63,946 bases of DNA, filler included, from Vicugna vicugna (GCA_013265495.1; 74 parts of 73 records of this genome joined end to end with filler, not necessarily neighbours in it), one strand, 5' to 3'; shown: positions 36,573-50,248, counted from the first letter of the whole stretch. Made by a program: numbers and translations. The notes: generated from the letters alone by a model not told the origin.

Positions 36573-37338
36573 GTCAGATCTCCTTGCTTATGTGGGTCAG
36601 TGTTTCTCAACTGTGATATGAGGGTACTGTGTCCAGTAACATATAATTTCAAAATACCTCACTGTATGGGAATCATTAGTCGCAGGCATTACAAACCACA
36701 GAGAGCTAGACATACAAAAATAACTTGTTAGGGCAAGATAACCAATAATGTTTTTAAATATTATACCTGCTGACCCTTTGCAATAAAATGTTTATTTATA
36801 ATTCTGTCTGGCTACAGAATAACATCATAATCCTGCATGTGGCTGGTGGCTCCCATGTTGGACAGCACGGGCCTAGAGAATTTAAATGACTTGCCCAGCC
36901 TTGCCCAGGAAGCTCGTGGTGGGATCAGAGGTATAGTCTGGGACTTTTCCTTCCTATCCAACAAGTTCCTCATGGAAGTTTAGAAGCTTCTCCTTTGGTG
37001 CCCAGCTGTCTATCCATACTTATGACATCTTGTCCGGTGTCCCAGCCTGCTCCTGAATATCAGCCAGAACCCACTTCTGCTCTTTTTTGGGCTGGTAATA
37101 CCTTCTAGCAACTTCCAGTGCATTCTTGGCATCAGTTCTTACCTGGAAGGGTAGTGGCTAGTGATGGAAATGTGTCCACATGACAAGTTTTTCATGAACA
37201 TAGCAGGAGTGGTCAAGAGAAGAAAACATCAGGAAGACNNNNNNNNNNNNNNNNNNNNNNNNNNNNNNNNNNNNNNNNNNNNTTAATTAATTAANNNNNN
37301 NNNNNNNNNNNNNNNNNNNNNNNNNNNNNNNNNNNNNN

Positions 37339-38470
37339 TTATCTCTCAGAACTGAGCATGTGCAGAGGCGTTCGTTCATCCAGTACAAAGGGAAAGGGTT
37401 GAAGGAGAAACAATTACACTGGTTTCTCAGTCTGTTTCCTAGTTCTGGTTTGAAGTGCCTGCCTTTTTCACTGTAAAACCGAGTTATAGCTTGTACATCC
37501 CCATATATATGTATGGAGTGGAGTTGGCAACTGAAAAGAAACTTTGTGTACCCTTCAAACTAGAGTGAAGGACGGCTTTAACACACACTTATCTCTCAGA
37601 ACTGAGCATGTGGAGAGACGTTCGTTCATTTAGAAGAAAGAAAAGGGTTGCAGGAAAAACACTTACTCAGGTATCTCAGTCTGTTTCGTAATGTCGGTTT
37701 GAAGTCCCTGCCGTTTACACTGTAAATCCGAGTTGGTGCTTGTACCTCCCCTTATATATGTATGGAGTGGGGTTTGCAACTGAAAAGAAACTTTCTGTTC
37801 CCTTCAAGCTAGGTGAAGGACGGCTTTCACACACACTTATCTCTCAGAANNNNNNNNNNNNNNNNNNNNNNNNNNNNNNNNNNNNNNNNNNNNNNNNNNN
37901 NNNNNNNNNNNNNNNNNNNNNNNNNNNNNNNNNNNNNNNNNNNNNNNNNNNNNNNNNNNNNNNNNNNNNNNNNNNNNNNNNNNNNNNNNNNNNNNNNNNN
38001 NNNNNNNNNNNNNNNNNNNNNNNNNNNNNNNNNNNNNNNNNNNNNNNNNNNNNNNNNNNNNNNNNNNNNNNNNNNNNNNNNNNNNNNNNNNNNNNNNNNN
38101 NNNNNNNNNNNNNNNNNNNNNNNNNNNNNNNNNNNNNNNNNNNNNNNNNNNNNNNNNNNNNNNNNNNNNNNNNNNNNNNNNNNNNNNNNNNNNNNNNNNN
38201 NNNNNNNNNNNNNNNNNNNNNNNNNNNNNNNNNNNNNNNNNNNNNNNNNNNNNNNNNNNNNNNNNNNNNNNNNNNNNNNNNNNNNNNNNNNNNNNNNNNN
38301 NNNNNNNNGCTTTCACACACACACTTCTCTCAGAACAGAGCATGTGGAGAGACGTTCGTTAATCCATCACAAATGGAACCGGTTGCATGAGAAACACTTA
38401 CTCGGGTTTCTCAGTCTGTTTCCTATGCCGGTTTGAAATGCCTGCCGTTTTCACTGTAAAACCGTGTTGG
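37339..38470 (+). repeat. Satellite D
   Basis: TTATCTCTCAGAA at 37339, 37589, 37837 (250/248 bp). Confidence 0.96.
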
Positions 38471-38570
38471 NNNNNNNNNNNNNNNNNNNNNNNNNNNNNN
38501 NNNNNNNNNNNNNNTTAATTAATTAANNNNNNNNNNNNNNNNNNNNNNNNNNNNNNNNNNNNNNNNNNNN

Positions 38571-39330
38571 TAAAGAATTATTTTCTTTCTTCTTTTTTTT
38601 TTAATTTTTTGTTCTCGGTAGGAAGGGTTTAAGATTACATTACTATCTGTTTAGTACACACAGTTACAGTAATTGGTTAACAGACTTATAAAAAAGTGTA
38701 ACTACAAGCCAAAAACTTACAAGTGAGTCACAAAAACAAAATACAATCCAAGATAATACAAAGGAAAATTACCATACCACAAAAGGAAGAAGAAAGGAAC
38801 AAAGAAGAAATACCAAATCAACTGCAAAAATAAGTTCAAAATAGACATAAACACTCATCTATCATTAATTATTGTAAATGTTAATGGACTAAATGCTCCA
38901 GTCAAAAGACAGAGTGGCAGACTGGATAATAAAGCAAGAAACTTCAATACACTGCATAGAAAAGACACACTTTAGGGAGAAGGACACATATAGATTGAAA
39001 GTGAATGGACGGAAAAGGAAATTCCATACAAATGGAAATGCCAAAAAAGCAGGTGTAGCAGTACTGATTTCAGAGAATATAGACTTTAAAACAAGGGCCA
39101 AAAAGAAAGATAAATAAAGACATTTTATAATGATTAAAGGAGCAATAAAAGATGAGAATATTACAATCATTAATATATATGCACCCAACATGAGAACCTA
39201 AGTACATAAAACAACTACTAACAGAGATAAAGGGGGAAATTGATGGGAATAAAATCATTGTCAGAAATTTTAACACCACATACAATAGACAGATCTTCCA
39301 GGCAGAAAATAAATAAGGCAACAGAGAAAT
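38571..39330 (+). mobile_element. L1 inter-ORF region and ORF2 endonuclease N-terminus, disrupted
   Basis: VNVNGLNAP then, after a frameshift, RVADWIIKQETSIHCIEKTHFREKDTYRLKVNG..KAGVAVLISENIDFKT, then NIYAPN; stops and frameshifts present. Confidence 0.95.
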
Positions 39331-39430
39331 NNNNNNNNNNNNNNNNNNNNNNNNNNNNNNNNNNNNNNNNNNNNTTAATTAATTAANNNNNNNNNNNNNN
39401 NNNNNNNNNNNNNNNNNNNNNNNNNNNNNN

Positions 39431-40098
39431 GCGTATTCTCACCAATACACATGTAATTTACATTGTTTACATAAAGATGGCATTCCTATTTGAAAAATGT
39501 TTCATGCAACACGGATTCCTCAATCATGCATTTCTGAGCTGTGAACATGCGCATGACAGTTGTTTCAACCATAACAGGTTACATATGCACTTTGAAATAT
39601 TTACTTTGACTTCATAGCTTCCCAGTGTCACCAGTTTCAAGAGTCACAGTTTGATCCCAGAAAAACCCTCTTGGAGGGAATTCTACCCCAGAGATATGTA
39701 ATTTGTATAGATTCCATCAACATGATATTCCATGTTCCGTACAGGATACATGCATGACGGATTCGACAAACATGCATTCCTGAGTTGAGAACATGTGCAT
39801 TACTGATCTTTCATCCTCTATAAAAGGAATATTTTTATCTTCAAACGTGTACACATTTTCACAAGCTTTCACTAATACCAGTTTCGAATTCATGCATTTT
39901 TCACAGAAAAATACTTCTGGAGCGATTTCAAACTAATACATATGTAAGTTGCATTAATTCCATCAACATGGCATTCCGGATTCCTTACATGCTACATGCA
40001 TGATGGATCCGGCATACATGAATTTCTGAGTTGTGAGACATGTGAGCATGTGAATTAGTGATCTTTCATCCACCAACAAAGCATATAAACACTTAGTA
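39431..40098 (-). repeat. Satellite C
   Basis: All three subunit types in the same order as 18390-18899. Confidence 0.95.
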
Positions 40099-40198
40099 NN
40101 NNNNNNNNNNNNNNNNNNNNNNNNNNNNNNNNNNNNNNNNNNTTAATTAATTAANNNNNNNNNNNNNNNNNNNNNNNNNNNNNNNNNNNNNNNNNNNN

Positions 40199-40661
40199 CA
40201 TATTCCATATTCTATGTTTTACATTCTATATTCTGTATTCTGTGTTTTGTGTACTGTTTTCTATATTCATATTCTGTGTTCTAAATTCTGTACTCTACAT
40301 TCTATATTCTGTATTTTATATTCTATATTCTGTGTCCTACATTCTCAATTCCACAATCTATTTCTGTATTCTATATTCTTTATTCTGTTTTCTGCATTGC
40401 ATGTTCAAAATTCTGGGTTCTGGGTTCAGTATTCTATATTCTATATTCTGTGTTCTACATTCTATATTCAACATTCTATATTCTGTGCAATGTATTCTAA
40501 ATTCTGTGTTCTGAATTCTATGTTCTAAATTCTGGGTTCTGTATTCTGTATACTGAGTTCTGCATTCTGTATTTTGTATACTATATTCTGTGTTATAAAT
40601 TCTATAGTCTTCGTTGTATATTGAATATTCTATATTCTTTACTCTGTGTTCTACATACAAT
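40199..40661 (-). repeat. Satellite E, reverse
   Basis: Heptamer array. Confidence 0.94.
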
Positions 40662-42024
40662 NNNNNNNNNNNNNNNNNNNNNNNNNNNNNNNNNNNNNNN
40701 NNNNNTTAATTAATTAANNNNNNNNNNNNNNNNNNNNNNNNNNNNNNNNNNNNNNNNNNNNTGTATATATTTCATGACTTTTATGCCTATGTGATATATA
40801 TATATATACACATACATACAAACACGTATATGAGAAATCTATTTATATCTGTGTGTATATATGCTTTATTGAAAAAATTAGGCCATACTATATGTATTCT
40901 GCAGCTCGGTTTATTCACTCAAGTGTATATCATAGACGTCCTCCCACACCAGACCCACCCGGTCCTTTCAGATAGAGTAGTGGGGTCTCCTGATGTGNNN
41001 NNNNNNNNNNNNNNNNNNNNNNNNNNNNNNNNNNNNNNNNNNNNNNNNNNNNNNNNNNNNNNNNNNNNNNNNNNNNNNNNNNNNNNNNNNNNNNNNNNNN
41101 NNNNNNNNNNNNNNNNNNNNNNNNNNNNNNNNNNNNNNNNNNNNNNNNNNNNNNNNNNNNNNNNNNNNNNNNNNNNNNNNNNNNNNNNNNNNNNNNNNNN
41201 NNNNNNNNNNNNNNNNNNNNNNNNNNNNNNNNNNNNNNNNNNNNNNNNNNNNNNNNNNNNNNNNNNNNNNNNNNNNNNNNNNNNNNNNNNNNNNNNNNNN
41301 NNNNNNNNNNNNNNNNNNNNNNNNNNNNNNNNNNNNNNNNNNNNNNNNNNNNNNNNNNNNNNNNNNNNNNNNNNNNNNNNNNNNNNNNNNNNNNNNNNNN
41401 NNNNNNNNNNNNNNNNNNNNNNNNNNNNNNNNNNNNNNNNNNNNNNNNNNNNNNNNNNNNNNNNNNNNNNNNNNNNNNNNNNNNNNNNNNNNNNNNNNNN
41501 NNNNNNNNNNNNNNNNNNNNNNNNNNNNNNNNNNNNNNNNNNNNNNNNNNNNNNNNNNNNNNNNNNNNNNNNNNNNNNNNNNNNNNNNNNNNNNNNNNNN
41601 NNNNNNNNNNNNNNNNNNNNNNNNNNNNNNNNNNNNNNNNNNNNNNNNNNNNNNNNNNNNNNNNNNNNNNNNNNNNNNNNNNNNNNNNNNNTTAGCCTTC
41701 TGACTTTTAAAAAGTGAATGATTCCTTTTTATTTTTGCACACATTTAAGTGAGGGAGCGTCTTGTTTCTTTGTGACAGCTCTTTGTATGTTATGAAAATT
41801 AACCCCTTGTCTTCATCAGCATGTATCACAGAGCTTTTCCTTGTCATTTCTTGACTTTCATTTTGTTCAGTAGGTTTATTTTGCTGTGGCCCAAAATAAT
41901 CTTAAGATTGTAAATGTCTTCTTTNNNNNNNNNNNNNNNNNNNNNNNNNNNNNNNNNNNNNNNNNNNNTTAATTAATTAANNNNNNNNNNNNNNNNNNNN
42001 NNNNNNNNNNNNNNNNNNNNNNNN

Positions 42025-42422
42025 CCATTTGCAACAACATGGATAGACTTGGAGATGGACACTCTAAGTGAAGTTCACCAGAAAGTGAAATATAAATACC
42101 ATATGATATCACTTAAATGTGGAATCTAAAGGAAAAGACACAAATGGACTTATTTACAAAACAGAAACAGACTCACAGACAGAGCAAACAAACATATGGT
42201 TATCAGAGGGGAAGGGAGTGGGAAGGGATAAATTGGGAGTTTGAGATTTGCAGATACTAACTACTATCTATAAAATAGATAAACAACAGGTTTAAATATT
42301 CAACACAGTAACCTTTAATGAAATAGAATATGAAAGCAAATATATGTATGTTCACTTATGACTAAAGCATTACACTGTACACCAGAAACTGACACAACAC
42401 TATAAACTGGCTACACTACAGT
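42025..42422 (+). mobile_element. L1 ORF2 end and 3'UTR, cetartiodactyl-type
   Basis: CCATTTGCAACAACATGGAT.GAC.TGGAG...TACCATATGATATCACT...ACAGAAACAGACTCACAGAC...GGGATAAATTGGGAGTTTGAGATTTGCAGATACTAACTACTA...TGTACACCAGAAACTGACACAACA. Confidence 0.93.
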
Positions 42423-42974
42423 NNNNNNNNNNNNNNNNNNNNNNNNNNNNNNNNNNNNNNNNNNNNTTAATTAATTAANNNNNNNNNNNNNNNNNNNNNN
42501 NNNNNNNNNNNNNNNNNNNNNNCCCCTTTATCTTTTCTACAATCTCTTCTTTTGTGTCGGCCTTTGGGCTTTGACAACGTGAATATACTGCACGGATCTG
42601 CCTTTCCCTTTTTTCCTGTCTTTGTGGGAAAAGATTTCTGTAAGACAGACTACTAGGATATTAAGGATTTTGTGTGGGGTAAGTTTGGTCAGTTCTAAGG
42701 ATTTCAATTAATATGTAACAATACTTGGTATTCTGCTAATGACAGTAAAATTATAAACTAACTTAAGTATACACTAGTAAGTATAGTACAATAAGCCCAT
42801 CACCCAGGTTAAGGAATTCACAAACTTTTCCATATTTCCTTTATTCAGACCTTTGTTCTTTTATTTGTCCTTTGTTGAGCTATTTGACAGCAAATTCAAG
42901 AAGACATGTCATTTTACCCTATGTACTCAAGTAGGCATGTCTGAAAAATGAGATGGCCTTTTCTTTAATCAGGT

Positions 42975-43110
42975 TTTTCATTTGATCGATGTGCTCATTA
43001 AGTACCAGCTGTATCAGGCATCTCACTAGGCATTAGGGATCCTTGGGGCAATGAGACAGTCCTGGCTCCCAAAGAAGTTAAGGGCTGATGGAAGAAACCA
43101 TCACAGGAGT
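42975..43110 (-). mobile_element. L2 3' fragment
   Basis: CATTAAGTACCAGCTGTATCAGGCA..CTAGGCATTAGGGAT...AGACAGTCCTGGCTC pattern. Confidence 0.55.
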
Positions 43111-43285
43111 TTTGGTGCCTCAGTTAAGGTCCCTGCTGGGTGACACCAATTGGACAAAATTTGTGCACAATACAGTAGGATTCACNNNNNNNNNNNNNNN
43201 NNNNNNNNNNNNNNNNNNNNNNNNNNNNNTTAATTAATTAANNNNNNNNNNNNNNNNNNNNNNNNNNNNNNNNNNNNNNNNNNNN

Positions 43286-43519
43286 CGTGGGGGAGCACGA
43301 TAGACAGCTCCACGCAGATATCTTCAGTCATAGTTGTTCCCTGTTAAGGGGAAGAATGATTATTTACTTCCCTGGACATGGGGAGGGAGCCGCTGTCACT
43401 GGGCTTTCCAGCAAACCCCTAGGTTTCCCTGGCAGCCAGACATAGGAAAACATTCTGGGGAGACGAGCTAAGGGATTCTGTTAGAACACTCGCTCTGCAG
43501 ACCGTTGGTGGAATCTCCC
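43286..43519 (+). repeat. Satellite A, strongly diverged monomer
   Basis: Colinear with the A consensus but with many substitutions. Confidence 0.9.
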
Positions 43520-43619
43520 NNNNNNNNNNNNNNNNNNNNNNNNNNNNNNNNNNNNNNNNNNNNTTAATTAATTAANNNNNNNNNNNNNNNNNNNNNNNNN
43601 NNNNNNNNNNNNNNNNNNN

Positions 43620-44496
43620 AAAAGAGAATATAGAACACTTAATTTAGAAATGGAATGCTGAACTTAGAACTTAGTATATAAAATACAGAATTCTGAATAT
43701 AGAATTAAGATTATAGAATGTAGAACACACAATATAGAATACAGAATACAGAATACTGTATATACAAATAAGAACTTGGAATGCAGAACAAAGAATATAG
43801 AATATAATATACATAATACTGAATATAGAATTTAGAATATAGAATGCAGAACACAGAATATAGAATATACATTAGAGAATATAGAACCCATAATTTCGAA
43901 CATGGAATTCAGAACACAGAATTTAGGATATTCAATACAGAATACTGAATATAGAATTTAGAATATAGAATGCAGAACACAGAATATAGAATATTGAATA
44001 CAGAATGCAGAATACAGAATACAGAATACAGAATGTAGAACACAGAATATAGAATATGGAAAACAAAATAAAGAACCCAGAATTTAGAACATAGAATGCA
44101 GAACACAGAATTCAGAATATAGAATACAGAAAAATGAATATAGGATTTAGAAAATGGAATGCAGAACACACAATTTAGACTATAGAATACAGAATAGTGA
44201 ATATAGATTTTATAATTTAGAATGTAGAACACAGAATATTGAATATAGAATAGAGAATATAGAATACAGAATTTAGAGCATGGAATGCATAACTCAGAAT
44301 TTGAATATAGAATAGATAATAATGAATATAGAATTTAGAACATTGAATGCGGAAACAGAATATAGACAATAGAATACAGTATACTGAATATAGAAATAAC
44401 AACATAGAAATTACAATATAGAATATGAAGAGTGAATATAGAATATAGAACGTAGAACACAGAATATACAATAGAGTATACGGAATGCAGAATATA
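43620..44496 (+). repeat. Satellite E
   Basis: Heptamer array. Confidence 0.95.
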
Positions 44497-45696
44497 NNNN
44501 NNNNNNNNNNNNNNNNNNNNNNNNNNNNNNNNNNNNNNNNTTAATTAATTAANNNNNNNNNNNNNNNNNNNNNNNNNNNNNNNNNNNNNNNNNNNNAAAA
44601 CAAAACAAAGTCTACTGTCTCCTACTTAAAACAGAACAAAATAAAATCCCAGTTTTTTAATACTAACAGAAGAACATTCCCAACTAATTTCAGCTTCTTT
44701 ATTTAGCAAACTGTTTTCCTGTGGATTTTGAAATGGATCAACATCACTTCTTTGTGTTAATCTCATCACCATGAGTAATCCAATTGGTTGGGTAAATGTA
44801 AAGTACTGAAAACTCTTTCTGGCATTCACAGTCTGAAGATCCAGCAGAGGGAGCCCATACATTACTGCTGTTTTTTAAATGTCAGTCTAAAATGATGATA
44901 CAATTTTAAAAGTTCCAGTAATAGAACTTTCAATATTTTGGGACTCTAGAGATAACTACCTGGCAAAGTGTAAATCCTCTAATGTCATTTTGTTATTGTT
45001 GATGTTTAAATCTAATGAAGTGACAGTATTTTTTAACTTATGTTTATGTAAGTAAAGAGTTTTTAGATCTATTTATGCAACCAATTCAAGGCTACCTAAT
45101 GGGACAGATCTAACCTTTATTTCAGATTTCCCAAAACTTTTTAGTCATATCCACATCTCCATAAACATGCAATCCACCTCTCCATAAACATGCATCTCCT
45201 AAAATGTTGGCTGCAGACAACCAGGCACACCCATGAAAAATGTCATGGAATAGTATTTTAACTGAGAATAAAATACATGAGGAATCCCTAGCTGGTTCCG
45301 TAAAAAGAACATATGTAGTTTTCATGGCATTGTTTTCATGTCAGGAAAGATGTCTTTGANNNNNNNNNNNNNNNNNNNNNNNNNNNNNNNNNNNNNNNNN
45401 NNNTTAATTAATTAANNNNNNNNNNNNNNNNNNNNNNNNNNNNNNNNNNNNNNNNNNNNACAATCCTCACAGCATTAAAACTAAATGTGCACAGAAATGA
45501 TTTCTCTTACAAAAGCCGTTCAAGTCTATAATAGATAACTGATAATACTTAACCCATAGCGATAGAGAGATATAATAAAGTTAAAAGAACTATTCCAAAT
45601 TTTCAAAAGACAGGAGTCTCCTGAAAGAACATCCAATGTATTAGACCCCCAAAATTTACTAGAACATGANNNNNNNNNNNNNNNNNNNNNNNNNNN

Positions 45697-45903
45697 AAAA
45701 CACTGAAGGAAATCTTGAGTCTATGAATACAAATGCAGGCTAGTATAAATGGAAAGAGAAACACTTTAGATGAGCCAAATATAATCAGAAAACTCAATGG
45801 TGAGAATAGCTAAGCTAAAGACAGTCCAAATCGGACTAGATAATGCACAGAAACAAATAAATGACTTAGAAAACAGGATAATCGCAATCACTCAGTCAGA
45901 ACA
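45697..45903 (+). mobile_element. Degenerate L1 ORF1 coiled-coil region
   Basis: GACTAGATAATGCACAGAAACAAATAAATGACTTAGAAAACAGGATAA..AATCACTCAGTCAGAAC resembles ORF1 RLD.AEE.ISDLEDR..EITQSE. Confidence 0.7.
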
Positions 45904-46003
45904 NNNNNNNNNNNNNNNNNNNNNNNNNNNNNNNNNNNNNNNNNNNNTTAATTAATTAANNNNNNNNNNNNNNNNNNNNNNNNNNNNNNNNNNNNNNNNN
46001 NNN

Positions 46004-46799
46004 TTCCCTTCAAGCTAGGTGAAGGAAGGCTTTCACACCCACTTATCTGTCAAAATTTAGCATGCAGAGAGACGTTCGTTCATACAGCACAAATGGAACG
46101 GGTTGCAGGAAAAAAAGTTACTCAGGTTTCTCAGTTTCTTTCCTACTGCCGGTATGTAGTGCCTGCAGATTTCACTGTAAAACCGAGTTGGAGCTTGTAC
46201 CTCCCCATATATATGTATGGAGTGGAGTTGGCAACTGAAAAGAAACTTTGTGTTCCCTTCAATCTAGGTGAAGGANNNNNNNNNNNNNNNNNNNNNNNNN
46301 NNNNNNNNNNNNNNNNNNNNNNNNNNNNNNNNNNNNNNNNNNNNNNNNNNNNNNNNNNNNNNNNNNNNNNNNNNNNNNNNNNNNNNNNNNNNNNNNNNNN
46401 NNNNNNNNNNNNNNNNNNNNNNNNNNNNNNNNNNNNNNNNNNNNNNNNNNNNNNNNNNNNNNNNNNNNNNNNNNNNNNNNNNNNNNNNNNNNNNNNNNNN
46501 NNNNNNNNNNNNNNNNNNNNNNNNNNNNNNNNNNNNNNNNNNNNNNNNNNNNNNNNNNNNNNNNNNNNNNNNNNNNNNCAGCACAGAGGGAAAGGGTTGC
46601 AGGAGAAACACTTACTCTGGTTTCTCAGTCTGTTTCCTAGTGCCGGTTTGAAGTGCCTGCCGTTTTCACTGTAAAACCGAGTTGGAGCTTGTACCACCCC
46701 ATATAAATGTATGGAGTGGTGTTGGCAACAGAAAAGAAACTTTGTATTCCCTTAAAGCTATGTGAAGTTCGGCTTTCACACACACTTATCTCTCAGAAC
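46004..46799 (+). repeat. Satellite D, gapped
   Basis: D landmarks TTCACTGTAAAACCGAGTTGGAGCTTGTAC and ATGTATGGAGTGG. Confidence 0.95.
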
Positions 46800-46899
46800 N
46801 NNNNNNNNNNNNNNNNNNNNNNNNNNNNNNNNNNNNNNNNNNNTTAATTAATTAANNNNNNNNNNNNNNNNNNNNNNNNNNNNNNNNNNNNNNNNNNNN

Positions 46900-47720
46900 T
46901 CTGGTTTCTCAGTCTGTTTCATAGTGCCGGATTGAAGTTCCTGCTGTTTGCACTGTAAAAGCCAGTTGGAGCTTGTTCCTCCCCATATATATGTATGGAG
47001 TGGAGTTTGCAACTGACAAGATACTTGTGTTCCCTTCAAGCTAGGTGAAGGACGGCTTTCACACACACTTATCTCTCAGAACTGAGCATGTAGAGAGATG
47101 TACGTTCATCCAGCACAAATGGAATGGTTTGCAGGAAAGACACTTACTCTGGTTTCTCAGCCTGTTTCCTTGTGCAGGTTTGAAGTGTCTGCCGTTCTCA
47201 CTGTAAAACCGTGTTGGAGCTTGTACATCCCCATATATATGTATGGAGTGGCTTTGGCAACTGAAGAGAAAATTTGTGTTCCTTTCAAGCAAGGTGAAAG
47301 ACGGCTTTCACACANNNNNNNNNNNNNNNNNNNNNNNNNNNNNNNNNNNNNNNNNNNNNNNNNNNNNNNNNNNNNNNNNNNNNNNNNNNNNNNNNNNNNN
47401 NNNNNNNNNNNNNNNNNNNNNNNNNNNNNNNNNNNNNNNNNNNNNNNNNNNNNNNNNNNNNNNNNNNNNNNNNNNNNNNNNNNNNNNNNNNNNNNNNNNN
47501 NNNNNNNNNNNNNNNNNNNCCTTCAAGCTATGTGAAGGACGGCTTTCACACACACTTATCTCTCAGAACTGAGCATGTGGAGAGACGATCGTTCATCCAG
47601 CACAAAGGAACGGGTTGCAGGAGAAACACTTTCTCTGGTTCCTCAGTCTGTTTACTAGTGCCAGTTTGATGTGCATGCCGTTTTCAATGTAAAACCGAGT
47701 TGTAGCTTGTACCTCCCCAT
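46900..47720 (+). repeat. Satellite D, gapped
   Basis: Same landmarks repeated at ~247-bp spacing. Confidence 0.95.
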
Positions 47721-47884
47721 NNNNNNNNNNNNNNNNNNNNNNNNNNNNNNNNNNNNNNNNNNNNTTAATTAATTAANNNNNNNNNNNNNNNNNNNNNNNN
47801 NNNNNNNNNNNNNNNNNNNNACTACACAGTGCTGTGTACAAATTGTATCTCAATAAAACTGGAGGACAAAAGTGAAAAAAAGAA

Positions 47885-48934
47885 AAGAAGAAGAAAACAT
47901 AGACAAAACATCTGACATACATCTCAGCAATGTTTTCCTAGAGCAGTCTACTCAAGCAATAGAAAAACAACAAAAATATACAAGTGGGATCTAATTAAAC
48001 TTACAAACTTTTGCAGAGCTAAGGAAACAGTAAGAAAAACAAGAAGACAACCAACCTATGGAATGGGAGAAAATATTTGCAATAAATGAAACTGATAGGG
48101 GCTTAATTCCCAGAATATGTAAACAGCTTTTACACTTAATAAGAAAGAAAAACAAACAATTCAATTCAAAAATGGGCAGAAGTCCTAAAGAAACATTTCT
48201 CCAANNNNNNNNNNNNNNNNNNNNNNNNNNNNNNNNNNNNNNNNNNNNNNNNNNNNNNNNNNNNNNNNNNNNNNNNNNNNNNNNNNNNNNNNNNNNNNNN
48301 NNNNNNNNNNNNNNNNNNNNNNNNNNNNNNNNNNNNNNNNNNNNNNNNNNNNNNNNNNNNNNNNNNNNNNNNNNNNNNNNNNNNNNNNNNNNNNNNNNNN
48401 NNNNNNNNNNNNNNNNNNNNNNNNNNNNNNNNNNNNNNNNNNNNNNNNNNNNNNNNNNNNNNNNNNNNNNNNNNNNNNNNNNNNNNNNNNNNNNNNNNNN
48501 NNNNNNNNNNNNNNNNNNNNNNNNNNNNNNNNNNNNNNNNNNNNNNNNNNNNNNNNNNNNNNNNNNNNNNNNNNNNNNNNNNNNNNNNNNNNNNNNNNNN
48601 NNNNNNNNNNNNNNNNNNNNNNNNNNNNNNNNNNNNNNNNNNNNNNNNNNNNNNNNNNNNNNNNNNNNNNNNNNNNNNNNNNNNNNNNNNNNNNNNNNNN
48701 NNNNNNNNNNNNNNNNNNNNNNNNNNNNNNNNNNNNNNNNNNNNNNNNNNNNNNNNNNNNNNNNNNNNNNNNNNNNNNNNNNNNNNNNNNNNNNNNNNNN
48801 NNNNNNNNNNNNNNNNNNGAAACAAAAAACATCTAAGGAACAGAAACAGACACAGAGTCATAGAAACCAAACTATGATTGCCAGAGGGGAGAGGGTGTGG
48901 GAAGGAATAAATTGGGAGTTCATGATGTGCAGAT
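47885..48934 (+). mobile_element. L1 ORF2 C-terminal region to 3'UTR, gapped
   Basis: KWDLIKLTNFCRAKET, then EWEKIFAINETDRGLIPRICKQL; 3'UTR motif after the gap. Confidence 0.92.
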
Positions 48935-50248
48935 NNNNNNNNNNNNNNNNNNNNNNNNNNNNNNNNNNNNNNNNNNNNTTAATTAATTAANNNNNNNNNN
49001 NNNNNNNNNNNNNNNNNNNNNNNNNNNNNNNNNNGAGCCCAAGTTGCCTAGATATGCCCAATGGAAATTACTGAATTCATCTGCAGAATTAGGTGCTTTA
49101 TGAAGTAGAAACTGCTTAGAGCAATCAGAAAAATCAGTAATATGATGAGATAAAAAGGGATTATAATAACTTTTATTTCTGAAACTTTTCTATGGTATGT
49201 TGTGTAGAGCTAATATTAAGTTTCAAGCACCAGGAGTTAAGAGTGTGGGTGGTTCTGTAGGATNNNNNNNNNNNNNNNNNNNNNNNNNNNNNNNNNNNNN
49301 NNNNNNNNNNNNNNNNNNNNNNNNNNNNNNNNNNNNNNNNNNNNNNNNNNNNNNNNNNNNNNNNNNNNNNNNNNNNNNNNNNNNNNNNNNNNNNNNNNNN
49401 NNNNNNNNNNNNNNNNNNNNNNNNNNNNNNNNNNNNNNNNNNNNNNNNNNNATGCTTAGAAACTGCTTTGCAAGCAAGTGCCTGTGCATCCTCACTCCAG
49501 TCTCCTTGTCTTAAAAAGCAGAGACAATGTTTGCTTGCATAGTTGAGGTTTTAGTTAGCACTCTGCTGGTTGCAAAGCAAGGACCGAGGCCCTCAGCTAT
49601 AAACGCTGGGCTTGTGTGCTGTTAGAAAGTCTGTTATCCGCAAAACAAGGACCAGGCTGGTCTGGTGGTCTGCTTTGTAATTCACATATCTAAAAATGTA
49701 TCTTGTTCCCCTCACCCCATTACTTCCTTAAAATTAAACATATCTTTTTTAGTCATTGTGTATTCTACAATCTCTGCCTCACCCTGTCTTTCCCGGAGTT
49801 CCTCCTTACTATCACACAACTGTTACTGAATTTTTCCTTTGATTATACACAATAAATATGGGAGCATTTGAGAGGCTCTTGGAGTTCGCTCCCTACTCCC
49901 TCTCGATTTCTTGACTTTTTCCACAGAGTCTTGAATAATCATTCTGTATTGGTAAGACTTCTGCCAGCCAGAACCCACAGTTCCAGGTGAGAACGATGCA
50001 GGCTTTATTTCTCCTACCAGATGGAGAGAGAGAAGAGAATTGAGATCTGCTCCCTCGTTGTCCCTTCTTGCCCCAGGGCCACTGCAGTCCACCTGCAGCA
50101 TTATGGCCTCTGCTCAGAGGGCCTCTGTCCCAGGACTGACTGCAGCCTNNNNNNNNNNNNNNNNNNNNNNNNNNNNNNNNNNNNNNNNNNNNTTAATTAA
50201 TTAANNNNNNNNNNNNNNNNNNNNNNNNNNNNNNNNNNNNNNNNNNNN

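Noticed and set aside
43909..44471. Hydrophobic Y/I/L/F/S/C-rich ORFs resembling membrane proteins
   Set aside because: These are translations of the heptamer satellite E; the same pattern appears in all E scaffolds.
44626..45325. Two short minus-strand ORFs (78 and 67 aa)
   Set aside because: No recognisable motif or convincing splice context in AT-rich unique sequence.
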